This document shows positions 31,866 through 42,247 of a stretch of DNA of 64,000 nucleotides, in pieces. A model generated the notes under the pieces. That model saw only the letters and a program-made list of their open reading frames with translations, had not been told where the DNA came from and ran no database searches. Each line of letters begins with the position of its first letter. Position 1 is the stretch's first letter. The stretch is from Porphyridium purpureum (Eukaryota): assembly GCA_008690995.1 (NCBI GenBank), contig VRMN01000001.1, positions 806,001-870,000 on the forward strand, in the 5' to 3' direction. The translations under genes and the position numbers were made by a program.

Positions 31866-34739
31866 ATGATTGGAGCGATCCGCGGTCTGATGGGACAGAA
31901 GGGACAACAAGGTAAGGTGACCGTGATTCTCCGCATTCATTATTATGCAGAGTTTGGGAGTTCGCTGGTCGCCGTGGGCCCACACCCGGCGTTCGGGAAG
32001 AATGATGTAGACCAGGCGCTCAAGCTGCACTTCAAGGAGGGAGGGTATTGGGAGGGCTCCACCGAAATTTCGCTCGCTCTCGCGCAGCCCAATGACCGGC
32101 TCGTGTACAAGTACGTCGTCGTGTGGCCGCACAAGAAACGGTACGAGGCCGTGCAGACAATTCGGTACGCCTCGCTGCAGGGATTGCAGGACGGCGACGT
32201 GCTCGAGTCTCACGACTCGTTCCGCGCGCCGGACACCAACGTATTTGTAACCACATGCTTCACAGATGCCATTTTCGGTCCGCACGGTATTCCCAAGATG
32301 GACTCGATGCTCGGGGACAAGTCGCTCGGCAACCATTGGCGCCAACGCGGTGCATTTCCGGAAGGCGTGGTCGCGGTGCGATTCGTGGTGCTCGTGCCGC
32401 GGCTCATGCACGGGCATACCGTCCACATTACAGGAGGGCACGACGTTGTCGGTAATTGGAATCCAGACCTCAAAATACACATGCTCAATTTGGGCCAGCA
32501 CCTGTACGGCTGCGTTTTGTACTTTCCTCGGGAGGAAATGGACTTTGAGTACAAGTACGCCGTGTTCGACGAAAAGGACGAGCTCGTGTTCCGTGAGCGA
32601 GGCACAGCGCGCCACATGACGCCGCCTCGGAATCCAAAGACAAACTGTCTCAATATTGACGAGACATTCGAGTACGCGCATCCTTGGAAGGGTTCCGGCA
32701 TCGCAGTACCGGTCTTCTCATTGCGTTCCGAGCGCTCCATGGGCGTCGGTGAATTCCTCGACCTGCAGGAAATGGTAGATTGGTGCGTCCTCACAGGCAA
32801 CAAGATCATCCAGGTCCTCCCAGTCAATGACACGGGTGACGACCCTTCCCCATACTCGGCGAATTCCGTGTTTGCCCTTCACCCAATCTATATGCGCATT
32901 CTTGAGACAGCGATAGTTGCGTACAGTGGCGGACCAACCGGTGGATCGCTGAAGCGCTCCGCTTCCAATGTGCACCGCTTCGCTCATCTGGACAAGCCGG
33001 ACCTCAGTAGCGTGCCTCCGGAACTCGTGACTGAAATTGAAGCAGCCGTGCAAACACTCAACCAGGCGCCAGAGGTCGAGTATACTGACGTGATTCGAAC
33101 AAAGCTGTTGCTTTTGCATCGCATTTATCGTGACACATGGCAAGAAACGGCGCGCTCTGCGGACTTTCGAAACTGGTGGAGCAAAAATATGGACTGGCTG
33201 CCGGCGTATGCAACTTGGAAGGCTCTGCTGGATCAGACAGGCGAGTGGAATTTCACCAAGTGGTCAAAAACAGTCAAGGACGTGCCGGAACTGATTGAAG
33301 AAAAGTCATCGTTGTATGACAAGATTTGCTTGCACTATTTTGTGCAGTATCATCTGCATCTTCAGCTCAAACGCGCTTCGGACTATGCGCGCGATCGCGG
33401 GATCTCAATCAAGGGCGACCTTCCAATTGGTGTTGCGCGTTACTCGGCAGACACGTGGACAAACCCAAAGAACTTTTTGATGGATTGGTCGGCCGGCGCG
33501 CCTGCATTCATGGGCAGCGCGCAGAACTGGGACTTTCCGCTGTATGACTGGGACGCCATGGCAGAGGACAAGTATTCCTGGTGGCGTAAACGACTCAGCC
33601 ACATGGCGCAGTATTTCCAGGCGTTCCGCATTGATCACGTTCTAGGTTTCTTCCGAATATGGGCCATTCCGGCGCACAATTGGACAGGCATGCTGGGTCA
33701 TCTGGAGCCTTGCAAGCCTGTGCACATTTCGGAGCTTCACAGTTGTGGTGTTCACGATATGGATCGCATAACCAAGCCCTATATTCGTTGGTGGATGCTG
33801 GAGAAGGCGTTTGGCAACGAGGCGGCTGAGGTTGCCAAAATGTTCATGGTTGACGCTGGATCTGGCGTGTTTCATTTTAAGCCAGAGTTCAGCACGGTCG
33901 CGGCCATAGGCGAAGCACTGCCCGTGAGCAGTCTGCCGCCTGAGCGCGCAGAGGAAGGGAAGCGCAATCAGCACTGGAGAAATGAGCTTTGGGGTCTGGT
34001 GGATAATGTGATTGCAATTCCTTCAGAGAAGAATCCAAAGACGGAATTTTATCTGACCTGCCATATGTATCACACATCGTCGTACCACCATTTTGGGCCG
34101 CAAGAGGCCAAAGACCGACTGGCTGGGTTGTGGCACAACTTCTTCTGGGAGCGGCAGAACTGGCGCAAGGAAGGTGAAACGCGGCTGGGTGCTTTGCAAG
34201 ACGCAGCCAAGATGATGGTGTGCGCAGAAGATCTTGGCGCTGTTCCACCCGAGGCGTACGAGGTTCTGGACGAGCTCGGGATTTTGGGCCTGCGCATTCA
34301 GCGCTGGCCAAAGGACGGAAGCTTTGGCGACCCTGCGCGTTACTCGTATCTCACCGTCGCAACGCCTTCGTGTCACGACTGCTCTACCGTACGGGGATGG
34401 TGGACCGAGGACCGCGGGCGTTGTGAAGAGTTTTACCGTACCTTTTTTGGGTCAAACCCGCCCGCTCAGTGCGAGAGCTGGGTTTCGCGCAAGGTCGTCG
34501 AGCAGCACCTGAAGAGCTCGTCGATGTGGGCCATCTTCCCCATCCAGGACTTGATGGACATGGAACCAGCGCTGCGCACAAAGGACCCGCTCAAGGACGC
34601 CATCAATCGACCGGGCGAGAAGGACGGGTGCTGGCGGTACCGCATGCCCCACAGCATTCGAAGTTTGATTGAGAACACCGAGTTCACGAAATCACTTGAG
34701 GCCATGATTATTGCGCTTGGCCGCGCGAGTACGTACTGA
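31866..34739 (+). CDS. DPE2: 4-alpha-glucanotransferase (GH77) with N-terminal CBM20 domains
   Basis: GIAVPVFSLRS, LPVNDT, SPYSANSVFALHP, KGDLPIGV, FRIDHVLGFFRIW, CAEDLG, SCHD. Confidence 0.96.
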   Translation: MIGAIRGLMGQKGQQGKVTVILRIHYYAEFGSSLVAVGPHPAFGKNDVDQALKLHFKEGGYWEGSTEISLALAQPNDRLVYKYVVVWPHKKRYEAVQTIRYASLQGLQDGDVLESHDSFRAPDTNVFVTTCFTDAIFGPHGIPKMDSMLGDKSLGNHWRQRGAFPEGVVAVRFVVLVPRLMHGHTVHITGGHDVVGNWNPDLKIHMLNLGQHLYGCVLYFPREEMDFEYKYAVFDEKDELVFRERGTARHMTPPRNPKTNCLNIDETFEYAHPWKGSGIAVPVFSLRSERSMGVGEFLDLQEMVDWCVLTGNKIIQVLPVNDTGDDPSPYSANSVFALHPIYMRILETAIVAYSGGPTGGSLKRSASNVHRFAHLDKPDLSSVPPELVTEIEAAVQTLNQAPEVEYTDVIRTKLLLLHRIYRDTWQETARSADFRNWWSKNMDWLPAYATWKALLDQTGEWNFTKWSKTVKDVPELIEEKSSLYDKICLHYFVQYHLHLQLKRASDYARDRGISIKGDLPIGVARYSADTWTNPKNFLMDWSAGAPAFMGSAQNWDFPLYDWDAMAEDKYSWWRKRLSHMAQYFQAFRIDHVLGFFRIWAIPAHNWTGMLGHLEPCKPVHISELHSCGVHDMDRITKPYIRWWMLEKAFGNEAAEVAKMFMVDAGSGVFHFKPEFSTVAAIGEALPVSSLPPERAEEGKRNQHWRNELWGLVDNVIAIPSEKNPKTEFYLTCHMYHTSSYHHFGPQEAKDRLAGLWHNFFWERQNWRKEGETRLGALQDAAKMMVCAEDLGAVPPEAYEVLDELGILGLRIQRWPKDGSFGDPARYSYLTVATPSCHDCSTVRGWWTEDRGRCEEFYRTFFGSNPPAQCESWVSRKVVEQHLKSSSMWAIFPIQDLMDMEPALRTKDPLKDAINRPGEKDGCWRYRMPHSIRSLIENTEFTKSLEAMIIALGRASTY

Positions 34740-34900
34740 GTGAGCTAGCATGAAAACAAGGCACCTCGAATTGGTGATTACGATTGTTGTGCCGAGATTT
34801 ATGTACCATAAGGATGTCGCGTCCTATAGCTTTTCCCGTTTATAATCAACAGAATCGTACGTGATCTGTGAAGGTGTTCTCCCTTCGGCTTGCTCCAGCC

Positions 34901-37900
34901 TCATCTCCTGCTTGATAGAAAGAGAGTCGTGGTCGTATTCTCAGTCGCACGCGCATTGTAGATCATCATGTTCTGGCGCATCAGCGTATTTTTGAGTGTG
35001 CGTGTCTTTGACGTTTGCGCTGCGAGCACGCTTTCCAAGCGATTCGCCATGGAGATGTAGTCGATTTGCGGACGATCAGCAGGGTTATCCTGTTTCCTTT
35101 CCAAACCCTTGATAACCTGTCGAATAGCCTCGGTCAGCTGCACCTGCTCCTCGTCGTCTTCGTCGTCCATGTCGCTCCCCTCACCAAGGCAACTGATTTC
35201 CAGCATCTCATCCATGATCCGAGCCAGAGCCTTTGCGTCACGATCAAAGTACCAGTTGTGAGACTCGCGAGCATACTTGAAGCGGGTGCTGGTGTCAAAT
35301 AACGTCACGTCAATGGCACGGTGGAAGTCATCCAAGATCAGACCCTTTGACCACCAGCCTGATCGTTCCTGCGGCTCCCATGCACCCCATTCACGCGTGG
35401 ATATCGACTGATTTCTTACAATGAAGCTTCCGAGGTTGAGCCCGGTGTGGATGATGGAACATCTTTGCAACGTGTCAGCCACGCGCAGCATCTCAATGGC
35501 ATAAAAGGCCACGAGTGCCGGTGGCATGTGGCGCTGTTCTTGCACGTACAGATCAAGTGCGAATTGCAGAGAACACTGCTCGCCGCTCAGGCTCGTCAAG
35601 AGGTATGACGCAGACTCCGAGTCGTAATGCGCCTCGGGACGAGGAAATCTCTGTGCCATCGATGCAGAAAATGCGTCCTTGGCCGATCCACTTCCCATGC
35701 GGTTATGAAGCATGCTGAGCACGTAAAACTCCCAGGCAGAATTACCTCGCACCACCTTCATTCGTAGCGAGGCATCTGACGCCAGTCCTGACGTGCCGTG
35801 GTCGTCGACCGAGGCATCGACATCCATCATCATGACGTCGTCGACTTTCTCTACCGCGTAGAGCGCGTGCGACGCTTTGTCTCCAGACGCCGCTTCATCC
35901 AACTTGCGATGCACAAAGTACGTCGAGTTCGGCTTGTCATCACGATCCATCACAACCAACTCGCCAACGAGAAGTGCCGGTGAGCCTTCAATTAGCTTGT
36001 ACGCGTGCTGCTCCGCAAACCACGGCGTGATTTTTTCCTCCACTGCATAGCTCACCTCCTCATTTTGAGGGTCAATAGTCTTCACGAGGCTGGGATTACC
36101 GCTGCTGCTCCTGCTGCTCGTCTCCATCGGCAGCGCCGCCTGCTCTGCTGCTCTCATGGTCGGCGCATTGTTGCAAGGTTGCTGGTTTCTGAACGGAAGC
36201 GGGGGCTTCGCACCAAAGGTCCCTGCCACAGCCGGATTTCCTGCATGCGAAAAGGGTTGTGACTGAGGCGGCTGTTCCATAAGAGCCTTGCGCGCAGAAG
36301 ATGGTGGCAGAGGTGGTCGCGCTGAATTCGCTTGCTGTCGTTCTTGATATTCTCGCTCCAGCTGCTGAGGGGCCTGTTGTGGTGGTATTGCCGTCCACGT
36401 TAAGTCGTCCTGCGTGACGTCATCTGCGGCATGCTCGAAAGGAAGAGGTGAACTGAACATGGCCTCGATCTCCTGCATTGCTTCCTTGGTATTAATGGTC
36501 GGCTCGCTGACATCAAACGCAAGCTTGCGCGCCAGTGGCGTGTTCTTGACACCCGGAGCAGGCGGTTGTGAACGCGTATCGGGACAGTCGTGACCATTCT
36601 CTGCTTTTGGTGTCTCGACGACAGGTCCGGGTGGATACGCTTCAGGTCGTAGTTGATCACCTTGTTCACTGTGTGATTTGAGACCCATTCGAGATACTTC
36701 TGCAACCAGCTCATCACCGGGTGTCTTTTGTGAACTTGACAATCTCGCAGGAGACGGTTCAGGTAGCCGGACTTCAATCTTCTCAGGCTCTTCGGTTCGA
36801 ACTTTGAGCACCGAAGTGTTCCGCACACTTCCCGTTCCAGCGCCGGAACCTTGTGAGAAACTTGAGGGCACCGTCGAGTCTGTGTAAATTTGGAAGGATG
36901 CTGCCGGAGGAGGTTCCACACGACCACTACGGACGCCAGACCCCGCTCTCGACGAGAGGTTTGGGGTGGTAGCGGCATCTTCAAAGCCCTCATTCCACTT
37001 TGTCGGTAATGCAGAATTTTCTTTGGCCGACAAGGAAACCGCTGGAAATCCTGCGCGCGGATTCTTTACGTGCACTTGTGGGACTTGAACCTCACTGGCT
37101 GCAGCCGAATCGTGAAAGATCTGGAAACCACCAGCGCTGCCATCACGGGGCCCAGAAACTGCGGGTTGCACTGAGGTCCTTGACTGAGCATGCCTGGCGT
37201 GGTTCGCTGACGCAACCGTTCCGCGCGCATTGCTATTGCTCATAGTGCTGCTTCCGCGACCGGCGGAGCGCTGAAGTTCTTCTAATGCCGTTGTACCGTT
37301 CCTTGATGCCGGCGGCTCGGCGTATGCCGCCAGTCTTTTCTGCTCATTCTGCCGCTCCACGCGCAATGCCATTCGATGTTGAAATTCCTTGTGTCGATTC
37401 TCGAGGCGCTCAGGCGGCTTGGCGCTGCGCGCAATGCCTTCTTGGTATAATTTGTCTGCCATGGCATACTGTCGCTTCTTCTCTAGGACGATGGCGTAAG
37501 CCTCGTAGAACAGCGCAAGGTCGAGTCCAATCTGATTCGAGTACATGTACGCAAAGATATCCGAAGGATCAGGCGATGCAAGGTCAGCGTACAAGATCCA
37601 AATCCGGAGGTAACGGATATCATTGGCGACTTGCGCGTCATGTGCGAAGTACTTGGTGCATCTTTCGAGCAGCTTGATGGTTGCAATGTCGCCAGCTGGA
37701 TGCTCGTCCTGTGACCACTTTATGTACTCCCTCCATATGGCCAAAATGCTCTCGCTGGGCTGCCTGCTGCTGGTGGCGATATCGATACGATGCTCGAACG
37801 CCGCTCGGGCGGCAGCGCGTGCTTTCTCCTCAGACCTCCCGGTGCCCTGGTGCTGTGCGGGCGTTCCTACATTGGGCGCGAGCTTTTCGTTCAGGACCTG

Positions 37901-37966
37901 CACGTCCCTTCCGCGTGCCAGCGGCATCACATTCTCCTTGCTCAGCTCCCACTGATGGCTATCCAT
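34901..37966 (-). CDS. BUB1: BUB1/BubR1 (MadBub) spindle checkpoint protein with a degenerate kinase domain
   Basis: WELSKENVMPLARGR KEN box, TPR domain (RYLRIWILYA, IGLDLALFYEAYA), ABBA-like FQIFHD and FQIYTD, PTINTKEAMQEIEAMF, WEFYV, WWSKGLILDDFHRAID. Confidence 0.92.
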   Translation of the reverse strand: MDSHQWELSKENVMPLARGRDVQVLNEKLAPNVGTPAQHQGTGRSEEKARAAARAAFEHRIDIATSSRQPSESILAIWREYIKWSQDEHPAGDIATIKLLERCTKYFAHDAQVANDIRYLRIWILYADLASPDPSDIFAYMYSNQIGLDLALFYEAYAIVLEKKRQYAMADKLYQEGIARSAKPPERLENRHKEFQHRMALRVERQNEQKRLAAYAEPPASRNGTTALEELQRSAGRGSSTMSNSNARGTVASANHARHAQSRTSVQPAVSGPRDGSAGGFQIFHDSAAASEVQVPQVHVKNPRAGFPAVSLSAKENSALPTKWNEGFEDAATTPNLSSRAGSGVRSGRVEPPPAASFQIYTDSTVPSSFSQGSGAGTGSVRNTSVLKVRTEEPEKIEVRLPEPSPARLSSSQKTPGDELVAEVSRMGLKSHSEQGDQLRPEAYPPGPVVETPKAENGHDCPDTRSQPPAPGVKNTPLARKLAFDVSEPTINTKEAMQEIEAMFSSPLPFEHAADDVTQDDLTWTAIPPQQAPQQLEREYQERQQANSARPPLPPSSARKALMEQPPQSQPFSHAGNPAVAGTFGAKPPLPFRNQQPCNNAPTMRAAEQAALPMETSSRSSSGNPSLVKTIDPQNEEVSYAVEEKITPWFAEQHAYKLIEGSPALLVGELVVMDRDDKPNSTYFVHRKLDEAASGDKASHALYAVEKVDDVMMMDVDASVDDHGTSGLASDASLRMKVVRGNSAWEFYVLSMLHNRMGSGSAKDAFSASMAQRFPRPEAHYDSESASYLLTSLSGEQCSLQFALDLYVQEQRHMPPALVAFYAIEMLRVADTLQRCSIIHTGLNLGSFIVRNQSISTREWGAWEPQERSGWWSKGLILDDFHRAIDVTLFDTSTRFKYARESHNWYFDRDAKALARIMDEMLEISCLGEGSDMDDEDDEEQVQLTEAIRQVIKGLERKQDNPADRPQIDYISMANRLESVLAAQTSKTRTLKNTLMRQNMMIYNARATENTTTTLFLSSRR

Positions 37967-38428
37967 ATCACCTGCTCTGCAGAGCGCCCGTCAATGCCTC
38001 GTCGCAGGACCGCGTGTGTTGCCCAGCCTCACGTAGGCGCAGCCGTCATCGGCGGTACAGATCCAGTCTTCGGCCACGAGCTTATACCCTACCAACGTGG
38101 TCTACACCCGCTTGCATGCGAGCTCTTCTTCCGCTCAAAGCACATCTCTGCTCGACATGCACTGCCGCCATGGCGCATTTCTTATTTTGAAAATTCAAAC
38201 ACAACCGGCTTCTCGCTGCAGGTTTATGAGCCAGATGGCCGGGAAGTGAAACGGTCATTTTTGCTGCGATGTTCGCTGTACCCTTGTGTGTAAGGTACAC
38301 TCTACTGTACTTGCTTCTTCTCCACCGCAGAGTCTCCAGAGCGTAGAATCTGGGACACTGGTGTCGGAGGGTGGGTGGGTCAGTCGCGTGACGTGACGAA
38401 AAGGTGGGGTAGCGGAGAGGACCCGAGG

Positions 38429-39295
38429 ATGACAATGACGACGAGGCGTGCGAGGCGCTGCGTCCCGTGGCTGTCGGCGCTGCTGGTCGCGCTATTGACG
38501 GTGAATGTGGTGGACGCGCAGGATGTGGAAATGTGTGTATACAATGGCGGGTCTTGCGTGGCCAGATCAGGGGAACCCCAACCAAAGTGCTACTCGGAGA
38601 CAGAGTTCTTGGACAATAAGGCGTGCATGACGCCACCGGAGAAGAACCAAAATAGTATTCGGGTGCTTGCGTATGACTGCCCGTCCGCAAACGATAGCAG
38701 CAGGGCTTTTTATCAGTATGAATGGACGGCATTCAACGATAATTGCAGAGAGTCCAATTCGGATGGCAGAAGCCGGTATGACGAGGAGAACGGATTCGCG
38801 TTCACCCGTCACAAGACGCCGACTGGAGAAATTTGCGTGCGACTTTCATGTGATGGGATTCCGAACGACGTGCCCGACCCGGTTTGCGTGGACGCCGAGT
38901 GGATCGAGGCGCGTGGGCTTGAGAAAGTGCACGTTTCCGATGGTGTTGGGAAGCTGTTGTGTATTTCGGCACTGGGCGACCTGCCATGCGGCACGCCCGA
39001 TCATGTGCTGGAAATGGCGTCTGGCAGCCTGCGCACGTATGCGGAAGTGTGCGCAGAACGCGAGTGTACGAGTAAGGTCGGGCGCTTCAACGGCGTGCTG
39101 CACTCGGATGCGCACATGATGCCAAGCCAGGACGGGCTGCGCGTGACCACGGTATCCCATCGCGGAACGTGGTGGAGCGGCGTGGAGAACCGTCTTGTGG
39201 TGAGCTTACAAAAGCTGCGCATTCGTCACATCGACAGTGCGCTAGCATACATGCAGCGCAAGAACAGTGTGTCGTACCTGTCTCGCGAACGGTAG
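38429..39295 (+). CDS. Secreted cysteine-rich protein
   Basis: Signal peptide WLSALLVALLTVNVVDA followed by a Cys-rich mature region. C-terminal module begins CVDAEW and contains CGTPDH. Confidence 0.75.
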   Translation: MTMTTRRARRCVPWLSALLVALLTVNVVDAQDVEMCVYNGGSCVARSGEPQPKCYSETEFLDNKACMTPPEKNQNSIRVLAYDCPSANDSSRAFYQYEWTAFNDNCRESNSDGRSRYDEENGFAFTRHKTPTGEICVRLSCDGIPNDVPDPVCVDAEWIEARGLEKVHVSDGVGKLLCISALGDLPCGTPDHVLEMASGSLRTYAEVCAERECTSKVGRFNGVLHSDAHMMPSQDGLRVTTVSHRGTWWSGVENRLVVSLQKLRIRHIDSALAYMQRKNSVSYLSRER

Positions 39296-39843
39296 GAACT
39301 TTCACCGATGCCGCACTGCACTCGCTGAGTTGACGAATGCGCGGTCGATGTGCGCTGAATGCTGTTTCTATTGCGCAAGTGCGAGATGGGGTGTACTGGA
39401 ACGTAGTCGTGTCACTGCACGCGAGAGCCACCAGCCACCACATCGGCAGCGGTTTGTGCGCGGTGCGGCGTGGAGCCAACACACCCCTTTATCCTTTCGA
39501 AACGCTACGGTGTCTCTCGCATTGGGTTGACAACACCGCACCAACGCTAGTAATGAACCGGACACCACCACCACCACCACCACTGCTACTACTCCAGTGG
39601 CCCCCCTGCCCTTATTTTCAAGTGTAGGTTTCCTAATAAAACGAATTATTTTGATATCGCGCTTGTGTTCTAGGCGAAGCAACAGCGACTTGCTCTTTTG
39701 GTTGCGGTGTGATCTGACAATCGCAGTAAGGGGTGTATCTAGGAGAAAGTAGGGAGAGAAAAAGGTGTGAGCAGGGCGAAGGAACAGCGAGGCAGTAAGC
39801 GGGGTGACGGTGGTGCGGGCTCGCGCACCAAAGGAAGAGGGCT

Positions 39844-41802
39844 ATGAAGGGGGTGGCGGACGCGCGTCGCCGGTCGCTTCGTCGTGCGGTGGTTGTGTGC
39901 GTGTGGGTCGCGGCCGTGTGCACGGCAGGGTGGGCGGGTCGCGCGGCGCATGTGCACGCAGCCGCGGCGGCCGCTGCATACGACGACGCCGCCTCGGCGT
40001 CGCCAGCAACAGCAGCAGAAGTAGGAGCAGAGACTGCGGCTACCTGTGCAGTCGATGCATCGAGTGCTCAGCGCTGCACAGAGGATGCCGCCAGGAGGTC
40101 CGGTGGAAGTGTCTCGGATGATGAAAAGTCGGCCGGGGTCGAATCGTTGTCGCCGCACATTGACCTAGCACCCCCGTTAAACGACGCAGGCGCCTCCAAG
40201 TCGGGAACAAGCGATACAGGCGCCGATCAGAAAAGAAATTTGCAGGGATCCGGGGCAATACAGGGTGGAGAAGAAGAAACGACGTACGAGCGTTTGAGTG
40301 CTGCGCTCGTGCATACGTTGGCATCGGCAGAGGCCTATTGGACACAGAGCGTGTACCCGTTGACACTTGAATTAATTGGGCCTCGCCTGACACCCGTGAA
40401 GTCCCTTGCCGCGTGCTTCTACGACTGCGTGGCAACAAGCAAAATAGGTTGGGGTTTGAAGGACGCCTGCCTGCCATGCTTTGGCGGGCAGGAAGCAGGC
40501 GCCAAAAAAGCAAAGACCAAGAAGTCCAAGAAAAAGAAGTCAAAGCGGAAACCCAAAGCAGAGCCCGCGCCGCCGAGTGGCAGGGAAGGCGAAGACTTGG
40601 AAGGCCCTCTCCCGTCAGTGATATCTGTTCTTCGCGATGCGTCTGAGTTTTGGAGCGATGAAGAAAGTGGCGACAACGATTTTCTGGAAGGCGACGCGCC
40701 TGACGTGCGCGTAATGACCGTGTACAAACGCCCGCCAGGGGCCATCATGTATGACCCGCACGGATCTGGGCCCAAGGGCACTCCGTCATCCGACATGGAA
40801 GAGCGGCTCGAATCGGGAGGGCAGGCGTCTGTGGCCAGAGTGTATAAGGACATCCATGCTCGTTCACCCGTCAGCACATGGGATTATGATCGCTTGCAGA
40901 TCATTTGGGCGAGTCCGGAGCCGTACACAGTGGTGAACAAGCTTGGCAGCGGGAAGTACTCGGACGTGTATGAGGTTTGGGATAAGCTCAACAATCGCAA
41001 GGCGGTCGCGAAAATATTGCAGCCTGTGAAGAAAAAGAAGTACAAGCGCGAAATTCGCATTCTGGAGGAGCTGAGAGGCGGCCCGAATATTATTGAGCTG
41101 TACAACGCGGTGATGGATCGGGAGAAAAAGGTACCCGTGCTCATTTTTGAGTACGTCGACAACCACCCGTTCCGCAACTATTATCCGAAAATGCAGCTTA
41201 GAGACCTGCAGTACTACATGTACCAGGTCCTGAGAGCGCTCGAATTTGCGCATTCCAAAGGCATCATACACCGTGATATCAAGCCGCATAATATCATGAT
41301 TGACTCGTCGACTAAGCAGGTGCGCGTGGCTGACTGGGGTCTTTCGGAATTTTATCACGAGGGTAAGGAATACAACGTGCGTGTCGCGTCGCGGTACTTC
41401 AAGCCACCTGAGCTGCTTCTAAATTTGCGTGACTACGACTACTCTCTCGACATGTGGAGCCTCGGCTGTGTTTTGGCGCAAATGATGTTTGGACGGGATC
41501 CCATGTTCAAAGGTGCAGATAATGATGACCAGTTGGTCAAAATTGTTGCTGTCAAGGGAATAGATGCGTTTGAAAATTACATGGACAAGTATGGACTTGC
41601 AATGAGCGAGAAGCAGTGGAATAGAATACCTGATACCCCTGGTCGTACCTGGAAGAGCTTTGTGACGGCAAATAACGAGCATCTTGTTTCTGACGCTGGG
41701 CTTGATCTGCTGGATATGATGCTTCAGTTTGATCACCAAGACCGTGTTACTGCCAAAGATGCCATGCAGCACCCGTTCTTTGACCTTGTGAGAGATCTCT
41801 AG
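39844..41802 (+). CDS. CKA: Casein kinase II alpha-like kinase with a ~330-aa N-terminal extension
   Basis: LGSGKYSDVY, KILQPVKKKKYKREI, HRDIKPHN, DWGLSEFYH, YNVRVASRYFKPPELL. Confidence 0.95.
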   Translation: MKGVADARRRSLRRAVVVCVWVAAVCTAGWAGRAAHVHAAAAAAAYDDAASASPATAAEVGAETAATCAVDASSAQRCTEDAARRSGGSVSDDEKSAGVESLSPHIDLAPPLNDAGASKSGTSDTGADQKRNLQGSGAIQGGEEETTYERLSAALVHTLASAEAYWTQSVYPLTLELIGPRLTPVKSLAACFYDCVATSKIGWGLKDACLPCFGGQEAGAKKAKTKKSKKKKSKRKPKAEPAPPSGREGEDLEGPLPSVISVLRDASEFWSDEESGDNDFLEGDAPDVRVMTVYKRPPGAIMYDPHGSGPKGTPSSDMEERLESGGQASVARVYKDIHARSPVSTWDYDRLQIIWASPEPYTVVNKLGSGKYSDVYEVWDKLNNRKAVAKILQPVKKKKYKREIRILEELRGGPNIIELYNAVMDREKKVPVLIFEYVDNHPFRNYYPKMQLRDLQYYMYQVLRALEFAHSKGIIHRDIKPHNIMIDSSTKQVRVADWGLSEFYHEGKEYNVRVASRYFKPPELLLNLRDYDYSLDMWSLGCVLAQMMFGRDPMFKGADNDDQLVKIVAVKGIDAFENYMDKYGLAMSEKQWNRIPDTPGRTWKSFVTANNEHLVSDAGLDLLDMMLQFDHQDRVTAKDAMQHPFFDLVRDL

Positions 41803-42247
41803 GGTATGCTCGGGCTTTCTCATCCAGGCTACGAAAAGAGTTGTGTGACGGCGCGAGAATAGGAGACTTGGACATGACGGGTGAGCCTTTCCGCACCTTT
41901 GTGGAAGCCGCATCTGCGTGCGTGTGTGTGTCTGCAATCTGAAAAGGACAGGACCAGCGACTAGTAAGCAAGCCAGAGCACAGTAGGAATGTTTAACTTT
42001 CGGTCACGCGGAGTGTCGGAAGCTTCTAATACAGCGGCTCGATGCCCAAGGACGCAAACAGGAAAAAAGATACATCCAAATCACGATTGACCTCTCAGAC
42101 GATCTGAATTATGTGTTTTATGTTTTGTTAGAGGAAGAAGAGGAGAGCACTCAGCACAAGACATTGTACGTCGGGAAAGACATACGAGTGTGAGAAGGAA
42201 GACTGAGTGTGCCGAACTCCAAGCATATATATCGACGCGGACACTGG

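Noticed and set aside
31323..32681. 452-aa minus ORF
   Set aside because: Antisense to DPE2 and its upstream region; low-complexity, no motifs.
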